A stretch of DNA of 54,253 nt from Dehalococcoidia bacterium (GTDB lineage Bacteria; Chloroflexota; Dehalococcoidia; Dehalococcoidales; W498): assembly GCA_011191875.1 (NCBI GenBank), contig DUFC01000003.1, forward strand, positions 1 through 54,253, given 5' to 3'. Under the pieces are notes generated by a model. It saw nothing but the letters and a program-made list of their open reading frames with translations. It was not told the DNA's origin and did no database searches. Positions 8,258 to 18,289 of the stretch are shown piece by piece; the stretch's first letter is position 1, and each line of letters starts with the position of its first letter. Position numbers and translations under genes: made by a program.

Positions 8258-10450
8258 TTGATGGAAAGAATTGCCAAATTCATTTATACCAGGTCCAGAC
8301 TAATTATTGTTCTGGTAGCCATCTTGAATATTGTCGCCTTGGTTTCATTCTTCCACTTCAAAATTGATACAGACTTCCTGAGTTTTTTCACTTCGGGAAA
8401 TCCCAAGGCAGAAGAATTCGACAGACTGAATGAAAAATATCAAAGTGGAGAAACTGTCTCGGTTCTCATCGAGCAGGATAATTCTCTCTTGGACAAAGAG
8501 AGTTTTCAGAAGGTCTTCAGGCTACAGGAAGAGATAGAAGAACTGGATGGTATCTCTCAGGTGCAGAGCTTTATTCCGTCTGAAATCTACATGCAGGGCC
8601 ATATTATTCAAGTTGACGAGAAGTTTATAGAGCGGCACTCTGATCTCCTTGAAGATTTCATTGAGGAAAAGTATTTTCTCACAGAGCAGTTCCTCTCCTC
8701 CGACAATAGTAAGGGAGTTCTTATTGTTAATCTGGAATTGGATGGTACGGCTGGAGAGGTAGTACAGTCGCTGGAGGAAATAGCTCAGAAGCAAGAAGGC
8801 ATGACGCTTTCCCTGGCCGGTAATGAAATCATTGAGGATACCGTCCGTGATTACTTGTTAAGGATACTATTTATTCTGCCGCCCTGTGCCATTGGCCTGG
8901 TATTGCTAGTTTTCTACTTGATTCTCAGGAGCCGTAGGTTCACCATCATGGCAATAATTCCCGCAGGGTTTGCTGCCTTGTGGACCATCGGCACAATATT
9001 TTGGAGCGGGCAAGAACTGAATCTAGTGACCGTTCTCAGCCCGATATTCGTTATAGTGATGGGTGCCGCTGATGGTCTTCACTATACAAGTCATTTTATG
9101 GATAACATGAGTAGATATTCTGACAGCCGTCAACTTACCGTAGAGACCCTGCGTATGGTTGGTATGCCGATATTTCTGACAACCATAACTACTATGGCGG
9201 GGTTTGCTTCCCTGACCTGGACGGAAGTGCTGCCCATGAGGCAGATGGGAATATTCGTCTCTTTGGGTATTGGCTATGCGGGCGTACTCTCTCTCTTTTT
9301 TCTGCCTGCAGTTATGTCTAAAATGAAGTTACCTCCGAGACCGCCACATACCCAAGAAAGCCGTCTCGCTAAACTTATCCTAGTCGCATCGAAGCACAGG
9401 GCTATGATTATTGTTATCTTTCTGGCTATTGTTGTCGTTTCTGCCTTGAACATACCCAGACTTGAGGTTGTGTCCAATCAACTCATGTTCTTTAAAGAAG
9501 ATTCTCAAATTAGGCAGACCTTTAATAAGGTTGAAAAGCATTTCGGCGGGGCATTACCGCTTACCGCCGAGATAGTCTCCAATAGAGGCACAGACACTTT
9601 GAGGGATTACAAGCTTGCTGAGGACATTTTAGATATTGAGAGGGAACTAGAAAGGTTGCCGGGGATACAGAGTGCTGCCTCACTTTTTGATATGGTAGCC
9701 AGTATCAATGAGATGACTACTGGTAGGGGTGATTATCCGGAAAACCCACAGTTGGTTCAAAGAATATTGATGCAGATAGATGATGACGACTTGGAAACCT
9801 GGGTTTCAGATGACGGCTTACGGATGATGATTAGAACTGAAGACCTTGATTCTATAGATATTGGCAGGCTAGAGGATTTTGTTGCCGAGAATCCTCAGAT
9901 TCGGGTGGTTAGCGGTATGCCAGTACTTTTTGATGAGATGAACAAACTAGTTGTACAAAGTCAGATTCGGAGCCTGGGTTTAGCACTTGCGTTAATTTTT
10001 ATCATGCTTTTGGTAACCATAAGAAAACTTAGAGCGGCTCTTGTTGCCATGTTGCCAATAGTCATTACTATCGCCGCTATACTGGGTATGTTGTCTATGA
10101 CTGAATTCCATCTCAATATAATGACCGCCAACCTGTCGGCTATAGCTATCGGTGTGGGTGTGGATTACTCTATCCATCTTATCTCTGGCATCTATTACTT
10201 CCGAAAGCGGGGATTGGGTAGTATAGAGTCGGTAGATTCAGCTCTGTCAAGTCTTTCCAGACCGATTCTGGCTAATGCCTTTGGACTGGCTATCGGTCTT
10301 TCTATTCTCTTTTTCTCTCCGTTGAGAATCCACATGCAGGCAGCGTCTGTAATGTGGGTAGCAATGGTCGTTTCTTCGATGGGAGCCCTTCTCTTAATTC
10401 CTATTTTCTACTCAAGAAGAACCGAACAGCCGGAGAAGAGGGCTATATGA
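8258..10450 (+). CDS. MMPL/RND-superfamily transporter
   Basis: Duplicated architecture of 1 TM, a soluble loop and 5 TM; motifs GAADGLHY, LTTITTMAGFASL and IGVGVDYSIH. Confidence 0.9.
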   Translation: MMERIAKFIYTRSRLIIVLVAILNIVALVSFFHFKIDTDFLSFFTSGNPKAEEFDRLNEKYQSGETVSVLIEQDNSLLDKESFQKVFRLQEEIEELDGISQVQSFIPSEIYMQGHIIQVDEKFIERHSDLLEDFIEEKYFLTEQFLSSDNSKGVLIVNLELDGTAGEVVQSLEEIAQKQEGMTLSLAGNEIIEDTVRDYLLRILFILPPCAIGLVLLVFYLILRSRRFTIMAIIPAGFAALWTIGTIFWSGQELNLVTVLSPIFVIVMGAADGLHYTSHFMDNMSRYSDSRQLTVETLRMVGMPIFLTTITTMAGFASLTWTEVLPMRQMGIFVSLGIGYAGVLSLFFLPAVMSKMKLPPRPPHTQESRLAKLILVASKHRAMIIVIFLAIVVVSALNIPRLEVVSNQLMFFKEDSQIRQTFNKVEKHFGGALPLTAEIVSNRGTDTLRDYKLAEDILDIERELERLPGIQSAASLFDMVASINEMTTGRGDYPENPQLVQRILMQIDDDDLETWVSDDGLRMMIRTEDLDSIDIGRLEDFVAENPQIRVVSGMPVLFDEMNKLVVQSQIRSLGLALALIFIMLLVTIRKLRAALVAMLPIVITIAAILGMLSMTEFHLNIMTANLSAIAIGVGVDYSIHLISGIYYFRKRGLGSIESVDSALSSLSRPILANAFGLAIGLSILFFSPLRIHMQAASVMWVAMVVSSMGALLLIPIFYSRRTEQPEKRAI

Positions 10451-10733
10451 ATAGTTAAGAATATATTGAGCGAAAAGGCTTAATAATAAGGCGTTTCGTA
10501 TAATAGTGGCATGTAATTGCAGCTCATCAGTTAATAATAAGATGATTTATTACGAAGTGCTATAGCGAATTTATATAACAGTCTTAAGGTGTGCTATAGT
10601 AACTGAAGAATACCAATATAAATACTACTGGTATCTATCTAAGCAGTTAACCATTTTGTAGCAATTTTACCAGGTAGCTAGAATGATATAATAATCAATC
10701 AGTTAGTTAGCCTGTTAGGAATGGCAAACAAAG

Positions 10734-11702
10734 ATGAACATGATAGAAGTTGACGACCTGCTAAGAAAATTTGGTCAAATTACTGCCGTCGACCATATAT
10801 CTTTTAATGTGAATAAAGGTGAGATATTTGGTTTTCTCGGACCAAACGGGGCAGGTAAAACGACCACAATCAATATACTCTGTACTCTGCTTCTACCCAC
10901 CAGTGGTAGGGCATCGGTCAAAGGATATGATGTACTTAAGCAGCGCAGCCAGGTGCGGCGCTCCATCGGACTTGTCTTTCAGGATCCTACTCTTGATGAC
11001 TATCTGACAGCGGAACAAAACTTGCACTTTCACGCCTATGCCTATGGCGTCCCCCAAAACGTGAGAGAGAAGCGCATTGGTGAACTTTTAGGACTGGTTG
11101 AGTTGTGGGATCGTCGTAAGAACAAGGTTCGCGCCTATTCAGGAGGCATGAAACGGCGGTTGGAGCTTGCTCGAGGTCTCTTGCATCATCCCCAAGTCCT
11201 TTTTTTAGATGAACCTACTCTGGGACTTGACCCCCAGTCACGTCGTCATATCTGGGATTACATCTTGACCCTGCGGGAGCAGGAAGAACTAACCATATTT
11301 ATGACCACCCACTATATGGACGAAGCTGAGAACTGCAACCGTATTGCTATCATTGATAATGGGCAGATTGTTGCCCTGGATACACCGGACAAACTCAAGG
11401 ATAGTTTAGGTGGTGATGTAGTAACCTTAAAGGCTGAGGATAGCCAGGCCGCAGCTCTTGAGTTAAAAGAAAGGTACGATTTATCATCCGAGATACAGAA
11501 TGGCATGGTCACTTTTAGCGTTCCTAATGGTGGCACATTTCTTCCCGATTTCATGCGTGGCTTTCACAGTCGTCTGCTTTCCGTTGAGGTGCGTAGACCT
11601 ACCTTGGATGATGTGTTCCTGAAACTGACCGGCCACGCCATTCGTGACCAGGAGGTAGACTCACGGGAACAGATGAGACGAATGAGGAGATGGCGAAGGT
11701 AG
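10734..11702 (+). CDS. ABC exporter ATP-binding subunit (DrrA-like)
   Basis: Walker A GPNGAGKTT, signature YSGGMKRR, Walker B LFLDEPT, H-loop TTHYMDEA, and C-terminal PTLDDVFLKLTG. Confidence 0.95.
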   Translation: MNMIEVDDLLRKFGQITAVDHISFNVNKGEIFGFLGPNGAGKTTTINILCTLLLPTSGRASVKGYDVLKQRSQVRRSIGLVFQDPTLDDYLTAEQNLHFHAYAYGVPQNVREKRIGELLGLVELWDRRKNKVRAYSGGMKRRLELARGLLHHPQVLFLDEPTLGLDPQSRRHIWDYILTLREQEELTIFMTTHYMDEAENCNRIAIIDNGQIVALDTPDKLKDSLGGDVVTLKAEDSQAAALELKERYDLSSEIQNGMVTFSVPNGGTFLPDFMRGFHSRLLSVEVRRPTLDDVFLKLTGHAIRDQEVDSREQMRRMRRWRR

Positions 11703-11705
11703 CCT

Positions 11706-12527
11706 ATGGAAGAGCTGTTTCGTGGAATATGGGTCATCGCCTACCGGGAACTACTACGTTTTATCCAAGAACGCTCTCGGATGATATCTTCCTTTGCCAT
11801 GCCCCTGCTATTTTTAATTGTCTTTGGTGCTGGTTTCAATCGAGTCATTGGAAACCTCACGCCGGGGGTCGATTTTATCAAATTCATATATCCGGGCATC
11901 ATCGCTATGACTGTGCTGATGAGCTCCGTATTTTCAGGCTTATCCGTGGTTTGGGATCGTGAGTTCGGCTTCTTGAAAGAGGTACTGGTGGCTCCTCTGA
12001 GCCGTAGCGGAATCGTACTTGGTAAGGCAATAGGTAGCGCTGTAATATCCCTTGGACAGGGATTTGTTATGCTTGCCCTGGCACCAATACTTGGCGTTAC
12101 ACTCAGTCTCATATTGGTAGTTGAGTTGATACCGCTACTGATTGTTTTATCTCTATCTCTGTCTGGCTTAGGTATCCTGGTGGCTTCACGCATGCGCTCT
12201 CAGCAGGGATTTCAGGTGGTAGTACAACTAATTATCTTCCCTCTGATTTTTCTGTCTGGTGTATTCTTCCCGGTGAACAATGTGCCGACATGGCTTGAGG
12301 TTGTTTCCAAGATCAACCCACTAACCTATGGCGTCGACGCCATCCGTCAACTCTTTCTGGGTGGAGACCTGGCAGCCACTAGTGCTGCTACAGGGAATGG
12401 TAGCTACCTCGTTGGCGTCACGGTCTTCGGACATACCATGAGCATTCTTGAGGACGTAATAGTCGTGGCAGTCCTGGGCGCTGTGCTGATGTTAGCTGCG
12501 GTATGGTCATTTTATAGGCAGGAATAG
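11706..12527 (+). CDS. ABC-2 type permease (DrrB-like)
   Basis: Six TM segments; motifs DREFGFLKEVLVAP, FLSGVFFP and NPLTYGVDAIR; starts 3 bp after the ATPase. Confidence 0.93.
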   Translation: MEELFRGIWVIAYRELLRFIQERSRMISSFAMPLLFLIVFGAGFNRVIGNLTPGVDFIKFIYPGIIAMTVLMSSVFSGLSVVWDREFGFLKEVLVAPLSRSGIVLGKAIGSAVISLGQGFVMLALAPILGVTLSLILVVELIPLLIVLSLSLSGLGILVASRMRSQQGFQVVVQLIIFPLIFLSGVFFPVNNVPTWLEVVSKINPLTYGVDAIRQLFLGGDLAATSAATGNGSYLVGVTVFGHTMSILEDVIVVAVLGAVLMLAAVWSFYRQE

Positions 12528-12653
12528 CCTATACTTAGGGCTTGCTTCTTTGCAGGCTGTGTAAATATTGAGGTCAATTGGAAACAAATCAGGCTACTTC
12601 TCTCTCGTGGTATTCTCGTAGTGAATCTGGGTAATCCCTTATTTGAAACAAGC

Positions 12654-13025
12654 TCATCGCATGGAGGCAAAGAATCCAGTATAGTAGGGAACCAACCAGA
12701 CTGCCCATACAAAAACGCTGAAATGGTGAAATTTGGTGATAGCCTTCTCATCCTTACGAATCAGAACGACAGTCGCCCAAACAGCGTGAACAAACATCAG
12801 AATTATTGCGAGCACCCCTGTCAAGCCATGAACGTCAAACACGATTCCTCCGGCCATCTCCATCATAATAGCCGTCCCCGTTGTATCAAAAACTAGCCCG
12901 CCCCAGAAAAAGACTAAGTGCCATCCTTTCAACCTTCCAGCAAGCCTTTCGCTCCAAACACCGATAGAGTAAAAAACTAGTGCCAGACTTATTAAGATCG
13001 TCGAAATGACTACTTCATTTGCCAT
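12654..13025 (-). CDS. HsmA-like (TIGR03987-type) membrane protein
   Basis: Four TM segments; motifs ALVFYSIGVWSE, GLVFDTTGT, HGLTG..AI.LM.VHAVWA and FHHFS..VW..WLVPY. Confidence 0.8.
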   Translation of the reverse strand: MANEVVISTILISLALVFYSIGVWSERLAGRLKGWHLVFFWGGLVFDTTGTAIMMEMAGGIVFDVHGLTGVLAIILMFVHAVWATVVLIRKDEKAITKFHHFSVFVWAVWLVPYYTGFFASMR

Positions 13026-13342
13026 AGCATATCCTTATTGTCCTAATTATATACAAATCATCCACCACTAGATAGTACCGTACATCTATTGGAGTGGATT
13101 CTCCAAACAGATATTTAGATAATGTCACAATATGGCTGAATGTTTGGTGAAAGTAGGAGGTTAGAATCCATTTTGGTAGAGGTATACCATATCCGTTAAG
13201 TTACAAAATAGTCTAAGGTTCTATAAAGCACCGCTATCTGGCAAACTTAACTTTGATAAATCGTTACTGCTAAGATAGTAACTTGATGTGGGAGAGGCAT
13301 TAGCTTATAATTTTGCACACAACTACAACGGGAGGGAGTATC

Positions 13343-13816
13343 ATGATTAGAAGAAGAGTATTTATGGCGCTGGTGGTAGCACTGATTCTCATGACTAGCT
13401 TTACTGGGTTATCCTGTACCGGCCCGCAAGGTATACAAGGCGTAGCGGGTCCACAGGGTGAAACGGGGACAGCGGGACCAACAGGTCCACAGGGTGAGCC
13501 GGGACCGCCAGGTCCAAACATGATTGTAGCCATGGGCACGGTATATTGGACGGAGGATTTATATAAGGCATATAATGTTACCTAAATAACCTGGAATCCC
13601 GATTTTCAACAGTGGGAGATAGAACTCACAGATATTGAGTATTATGTCACCGATTATGTAACAATCGTTACAGCCATGGGAGCCGCATACGCCAGATTTG
13701 CTAATCGAGGCGACTTACTGGCTGTAACACTGTTTAATTCAAATGGAACTAAAATCAAGCAAGGCTTTTCTTTCGTCGTTCTCGATGTACCAACTGAATA
13801 TGCCTTCATCGCCTAG
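13343..13816 (+). pseudogene. Collagen-like lipoprotein interrupted by an in-frame TAA
   Basis: RBS and ATG at 13343, lipobox GLSC, and 11 Gly-X-Y triplets. TAA at 13583-13585 is followed by 76 more sense codons (ITWNPDFQQWEIEL...FSFVVLD) ending at TAG 13816. Confidence 0.8.
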
Positions 13817-14018
13817 CCATTCTGAATAACTAAACGATCTAACGGAATGTTACTTTAACATTTGGCCACTTAACAAACGAGGCTTTTATCATATTTGTAA
13901 ACCTAGCTAGATTTTCCTCTCCTCCTTGGGTACGGTATAATTGGACAACATAAATATTGAAAGATGGTTCATGCTACCAAGGGAAGATAAGATAATGATA
14001 ATTCTATTAAAGCATTAG

Positions 14019-14774
14019 GTGTCACAGGTCATGGTTTCCGAGTTTATGTATGAGCTTTTCAGCGATATGCCCCGGCAGGGTCCAGGCAGCAACAAATGTA
14101 CCCGAAAGGCATATAAGCTCTTGGCAAATTTGCCACCACAACCGAATATCCTGGATGTGGGTTGTGGTTCAGGTATGCAGACTTTAGAACTGGCTCGGAT
14201 TTCCAAAGGGCAAATTACTGCTTTGGACAATTATCAGCCCTATTTGGATGATCTAAAAAGACGTGCTAAAGCTGACGGGTTTAGCAATAGAATTAAGACT
14301 ATAAATAGTTCAATGTTTGATCTTCCGTTTGCCAAGGGCTCCTTTGATATTATATGGTCAGAAGGTGCAATATTCATCATTGGCTTCCAAAAAGGGCTTC
14401 GGGAATGGAAGCCATTAATAAAGCGAGGCGGTTATCTGGTAGTCTCTGAACTTACCTGGCTTAAGACAGATATACCGGAAGAGATACGTGCCTACTTAGA
14501 AAATGAATACCCGGGAATAAATACCATAGTAGAAAATATAGAAATAATCGGACAAGAGGATTATGATTTAACAGGTAGTTTTACGCTGCACGAATCTGGG
14601 TGGTGGGATGACTTCTATAAACCGTTGCAGAAGCGAATAAACCTGCTTGGGCATAAGTATGCTGAAAATCTAGAGGCATTAGCGGTGCTAGATGCTAGCA
14701 AGGAAGAGATAGACATGTATAGAAAATACTCACTTTACTATGGTTATGTTTTTTATATGATGCAATCAAAATAG
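14019..14774 (+). CDS. Class I SAM-dependent methyltransferase
   Basis: Motifs PRQGPGS, ILDVGCGSG, FDIIWSEGAI and YYGYVFY. Confidence 0.92.
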   Translation: MSQVMVSEFMYELFSDMPRQGPGSNKCTRKAYKLLANLPPQPNILDVGCGSGMQTLELARISKGQITALDNYQPYLDDLKRRAKADGFSNRIKTINSSMFDLPFAKGSFDIIWSEGAIFIIGFQKGLREWKPLIKRGGYLVVSELTWLKTDIPEEIRAYLENEYPGINTIVENIEIIGQEDYDLTGSFTLHESGWWDDFYKPLQKRINLLGHKYAENLEALAVLDASKEEIDMYRKYSLYYGYVFYMMQSK

Positions 14775-14855
14775 GGATATGCCCTAACAAATTGACAGAT
14801 TGTGTAATACAGAGCATGTTATAATTAGACCATCTCATTATAAAAGGAGGGTATC

Positions 14856-15482
14856 GTGAACAGTAAAAACAGAGTTCAGTGGGTTTATTCCTCACATAAT
14901 AACCAGGAGTTGGAAGAGAGATATAACCAGTGGGCTAAAGATTATGATAGCGACCTTAAAAAGGATTTTGCCTATAGAGCACCTATAGTTGCCGCAGAGT
15001 ATTTTATAAGATATGTGCCGAAAGAAGCCAGGATATTAGATGCCGGAGCTGGAACAGGCTTGGTAGGTAGGGTTCTAACAGAAATGGGATACGATAATCT
15101 TATAGCCATGGATATGTCGCCGGGTATGTTAGAGGAAGCTCGGAAGAAGAACGTATATCGGCAATTATATCGGATGGTAATGGGCGAAAAACTGGATTTC
15201 GATACCGATTCGTTCGATGCGGTGATTTGCGTGGGTACACTTACACTGGGTCACGCGCCTGCCAGCTCTTTAAATGAACTTGTCCGAATTACTAAGCCCA
15301 CCGGTCACATAGTCTACACCCTTAGACCTGATATTTATGAGGAAAAGGGATTTAAGGAAATACACAACGAGCTTGAATCGGCCGGAAAGTGGAAATTGGC
15401 AGAGGTTAGTGAGGAGATACAGGTCCTACCCAAAGGTGAGCCTGATATTTTCCACCAGGTATGGGTATATCAAGTCACATAA
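14856..15482 (+). CDS. Class I SAM-dependent methyltransferase
   Basis: Motifs YNQWAKDYD, ILDAGAGTGLVG, DMSPGML and FDAVICVG; AGGAGG RBS. Confidence 0.92.
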   Translation: MNSKNRVQWVYSSHNNQELEERYNQWAKDYDSDLKKDFAYRAPIVAAEYFIRYVPKEARILDAGAGTGLVGRVLTEMGYDNLIAMDMSPGMLEEARKKNVYRQLYRMVMGEKLDFDTDSFDAVICVGTLTLGHAPASSLNELVRITKPTGHIVYTLRPDIYEEKGFKEIHNELESAGKWKLAEVSEEIQVLPKGEPDIFHQVWVYQVT

Positions 15483-15551
15483 TGAAGATAGGCCGCGGTT
15501 AGCGCTCCCTTTCTCCAGGTTTAGTGCTTTAAATTGATAGGAGTTGAACTC

Positions 15552-16127
15552 TTACTTCTTTTTAAGTTTCTTGCCAATTCGAAAAGCTTTACCTATATTT
15601 TCCCCCATACAGTAATAGTCACCGAGTTGTCCTTCTATGTAAGCAATAGGTTGAATCTTAGTCACATCGGGCTCCCCATCTGTTAAGCAATCCTTGGAAA
15701 CATGGGTTTCTATAACCTCACCGATAACCAAGTAATGGCTACCAAGGTCAAGGATATGAACCACTTTGCACTCCATATTCACCGGGTACTGCTCTATCAT
15801 CGGAGTACCTTTTAAATCGCCATAGAATACCCTGAATCCGCAATCCATCACTTTATCGGTTCTTGAGCCCGATATAATACCGCAATAATCCGTTTCCACG
15901 GCGTAATTCTTTGATGTAACGTTTAGCGAGAATGCCATATTTTGCTTTATACCGTTTAGAGTATATCGGTTATGCCGGATAGCCACCGAAACCATTGGTG
16001 GGCTACCACAGGCTACTCCTCCCCAGGCAACTGCTAAGAAATTTGGTTTTTTATTGACATCGGCCCCGATAAGAAAAGCCGGCTGGGGATAAACCATTGT
16101 CTGTGGACCAAGTTTTACTTTACTCAT
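15552..16127 (-). CDS. Flavin reductase/flavoredoxin family protein
   Basis: Motifs YPQPAFLIGA, PPMVSVAI, DYCGIISG..DK, NMECKV and GSHYLVIGEV. Confidence 0.9.
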   Translation of the reverse strand: MSKVKLGPQTMVYPQPAFLIGADVNKKPNFLAVAWGGVACGSPPMVSVAIRHNRYTLNGIKQNMAFSLNVTSKNYAVETDYCGIISGSRTDKVMDCGFRVFYGDLKGTPMIEQYPVNMECKVVHILDLGSHYLVIGEVIETHVSKDCLTDGEPDVTKIQPIAYIEGQLGDYYCMGENIGKAFRIGKKLKKK

Positions 16128-16190
16128 GTAATAAATACCTCCTTGACATCTCCGAAAATTAAAATCACGTCACTTGCATTTTCAGCTTCT

Positions 16191-16673
16191 TTAAAACAAA
16201 GAAGCAATGAAGAACCCGGCCATAGTGAGAATGACAATTATCTTAAACAAAGTGCTGGCTATAAAACCTAGAAAGGCACCGAGTGCCGACCGGATTGCTT
16301 GTTTTGGTTTCCTTCCTGCTATCAATTCTCCTAGAAGGGCACCAATGAAGGGACCCAGAATGATTCCCCAAAAACCAATTACAAAGATTCCTATTGTGAA
16401 CCCAAGAAAAGCACCAAAGATGCCGAGTTTGCTCGCCTGGTATTTCTTAGCTCCCAACATAGGAGCTGCAAAATCCAGAATCAACGTAAGTACGGTTAAT
16501 ATAGTGAATATAACGACGGTTACGATTGATATTCTCTCAAAACCTGTACCCAGTGCATAAATAAAAAAGCCCAGCCAGGATAGCGGAATCCCGGGTAGGA
16601 TAGGTAAAACCACACCAAGTAAACCAATCACCATGAGGATAGAGCAAAGAATGGTTACTGCTACGGTTTCCAT
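16191..16673 (-). CDS. DUF456 family membrane protein
   Basis: Motifs GLLGVVLPILPG.PL, GAKKYQASK.G and GIILGPFIGA..GEL. Confidence 0.88.
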   Translation of the reverse strand: METVAVTILCSILMVIGLLGVVLPILPGIPLSWLGFFIYALGTGFERISIVTVVIFTILTVLTLILDFAAPMLGAKKYQASKLGIFGAFLGFTIGIFVIGFWGIILGPFIGALLGELIAGRKPKQAIRSALGAFLGFIASTLFKIIVILTMAGFFIASLF

Positions 16674-17238
16674 TATAACGTTCTCATTTTATCAGAAGAC
16701 CAACTTCCTGGCGAGATTAGTCACTCCGTTTATAAAAGGGCTTATATTGTATTGGAAAACCTATTTAATAGATAGCTTCTCCTCTCCCTCTAGGTGATGC
16801 CAAATCTGTAACTGCCCGGTTCTTCACGAAGAAGAATAAGCATAGAACCATTGCCAGATAGGAAACCTCCGTCTTGCCCTTGGTGTCATGGTAAAATGGA
16901 TTGAAGAATAGTCATAGTTTACACTATTATTAATAGTTACTCATTTTATGACATTTATTTTAAATGAAAAGAGGGTTTATTATATCGTTTTCTCGATATT
17001 TGAAAAATATGTATTTTATTTCTACTAAGTATTTCAATACAAGAATCATAAACTATACATAATATATTAATGACTTTAAAGTCCTGTTTCGTTTCCTGCT
17101 ATCTATCTCACCACTTATCCCTATAAAAACTGCATATACGTCAGATGTGTAACTATCCCAGATAATTCGTTAGTTCCAATAAATAGGAATGTCAACACTC
17201 ATCTGTTTCCAAGCATTAAAAATATAATAAATTTGCCT

Positions 17239-17754
17239 TTATTTTATTTCTAAAAGCTCGATATCAAAAATGAGGTCTTTCCCGGCGAGGGAGTGGTTGG
17301 CATCTACCGTTATCGTTGTTTCAGAAATATCAGTAACGAGAACAACAATCACTCTACCATCCTGCTGCTGCATCTGCAACTGCTGTCCAACTGCAGGATT
17401 GAGTTCTGGCGGCAACTGTTCTCGTTCTATTACCAATACCATTTCATCAAGGTACGGGCCGTAGGCTTCTTCCGGGGGAATGGTCACGGTCTTCGACTGT
17501 CCGACGTGCATACCCCTGACTGCTTCTTCAAAGCCGGGGATTAGCGTGCCTTCACCCAGGGTAAACTCCAGAGGTTCACGTTCTAAAGATGAATCGAACA
17601 CGGTGCCATCTTCCAGCTTGCCCGTGTAATGGACACTGACAGAATCGCCATCATTTGCCATTTTCAAACCTTCTCTTCCGGCACACCCGGTAACCAGCAT
17701 GTTTGCCATTAGCAGGATTACCAGCAATATCGTGCATTTTTTTACTACATTCAT
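17239..17754 (-). CDS. FKBP-type peptidyl-prolyl isomerase (SlyD-like with IF domain), with putative lipoprotein signal
   Basis: Motifs [35 protein letters not shown] and [18 protein letters not shown]; N-terminal hydrophobic stretch ending in LVTGC. Confidence 0.92.
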   Translation of the reverse strand: MNVVKKCTILLVILLMANMLVTGCAGREGLKMANDGDSVSVHYTGKLEDGTVFDSSLEREPLEFTLGEGTLIPGFEEAVRGMHVGQSKTVTIPPEEAYGPYLDEMVLVIEREQLPPELNPAVGQQLQMQQQDGRVIVVLVTDISETTITVDANHSLAGKDLIFDIELLEIK

Positions 17755-17892
17755 CCTCCCTTAGCTATTAAGTAATCCTTGATACAGGTATCCGATTTGT
17801 ACCATTACCGGCACTGTGGTAACGCAACCTTTGTATCATACCATACTATCTAAATATTAATCTAACCTCCACGGTGATAGTATTTAAGATTC

Positions 17893-18057
17893 ATGGAAGA
17901 AAAGAGTCGGTGGTGGATTCTTTTTGGACTATTGTTTGGGGGATTAGCTGGAGCAATACCTGGTGCTGTTACTGGTGGAGCGGTTGGTCTTACAACTAGT
18001 CTCGTATTTGCAGAAAATCGTGGCAAATCCAACAATAAGAAGGGCAGACTCGCATGA
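17893..18057 (+). CDS. Possible 54-aa glycine-zipper membrane peptide
   Basis: Manual translation MEEKSRWWILFGLLFGGLAGAIPGAVTGGAVGLTTSLVFAENRGKSNNKKGRLA; shorter than any ORF in the track; weak RBS. Confidence 0.4.
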   Translation: MEEKSRWWILFGLLFGGLAGAIPGAVTGGAVGLTTSLVFAENRGKSNNKKGRLA

Positions 18058-18214
18058 CTTTCACATATGACATAAGTCCAATGTGTCACCTAATTGCACG
18101 AAATGACGGTATAACTTTTAAGGAAAAAACAGGCTCAGGTAATCTTGGCTGTAGAGGGAAAGATAGTTATTTTAAAATGACAGCCAGCGGATTTGGAGGG
18201 ACATGGTAAAAATA

Positions 18215-18243
18215 TTGACATGCCTCTAAAAAAGTAATAGAGT
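18215..18243 (+). promoter_or_regulatory. sigma70-type promoter
   Basis: TTGACA-17 bp-TAGAGT upstream of the CDS at 18290. Confidence 0.55.
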
Positions 18244-18289
18244 ATTTGCCACTATAATAAAGGGGATTAGACTCCCTAAAGGAGGGTCA

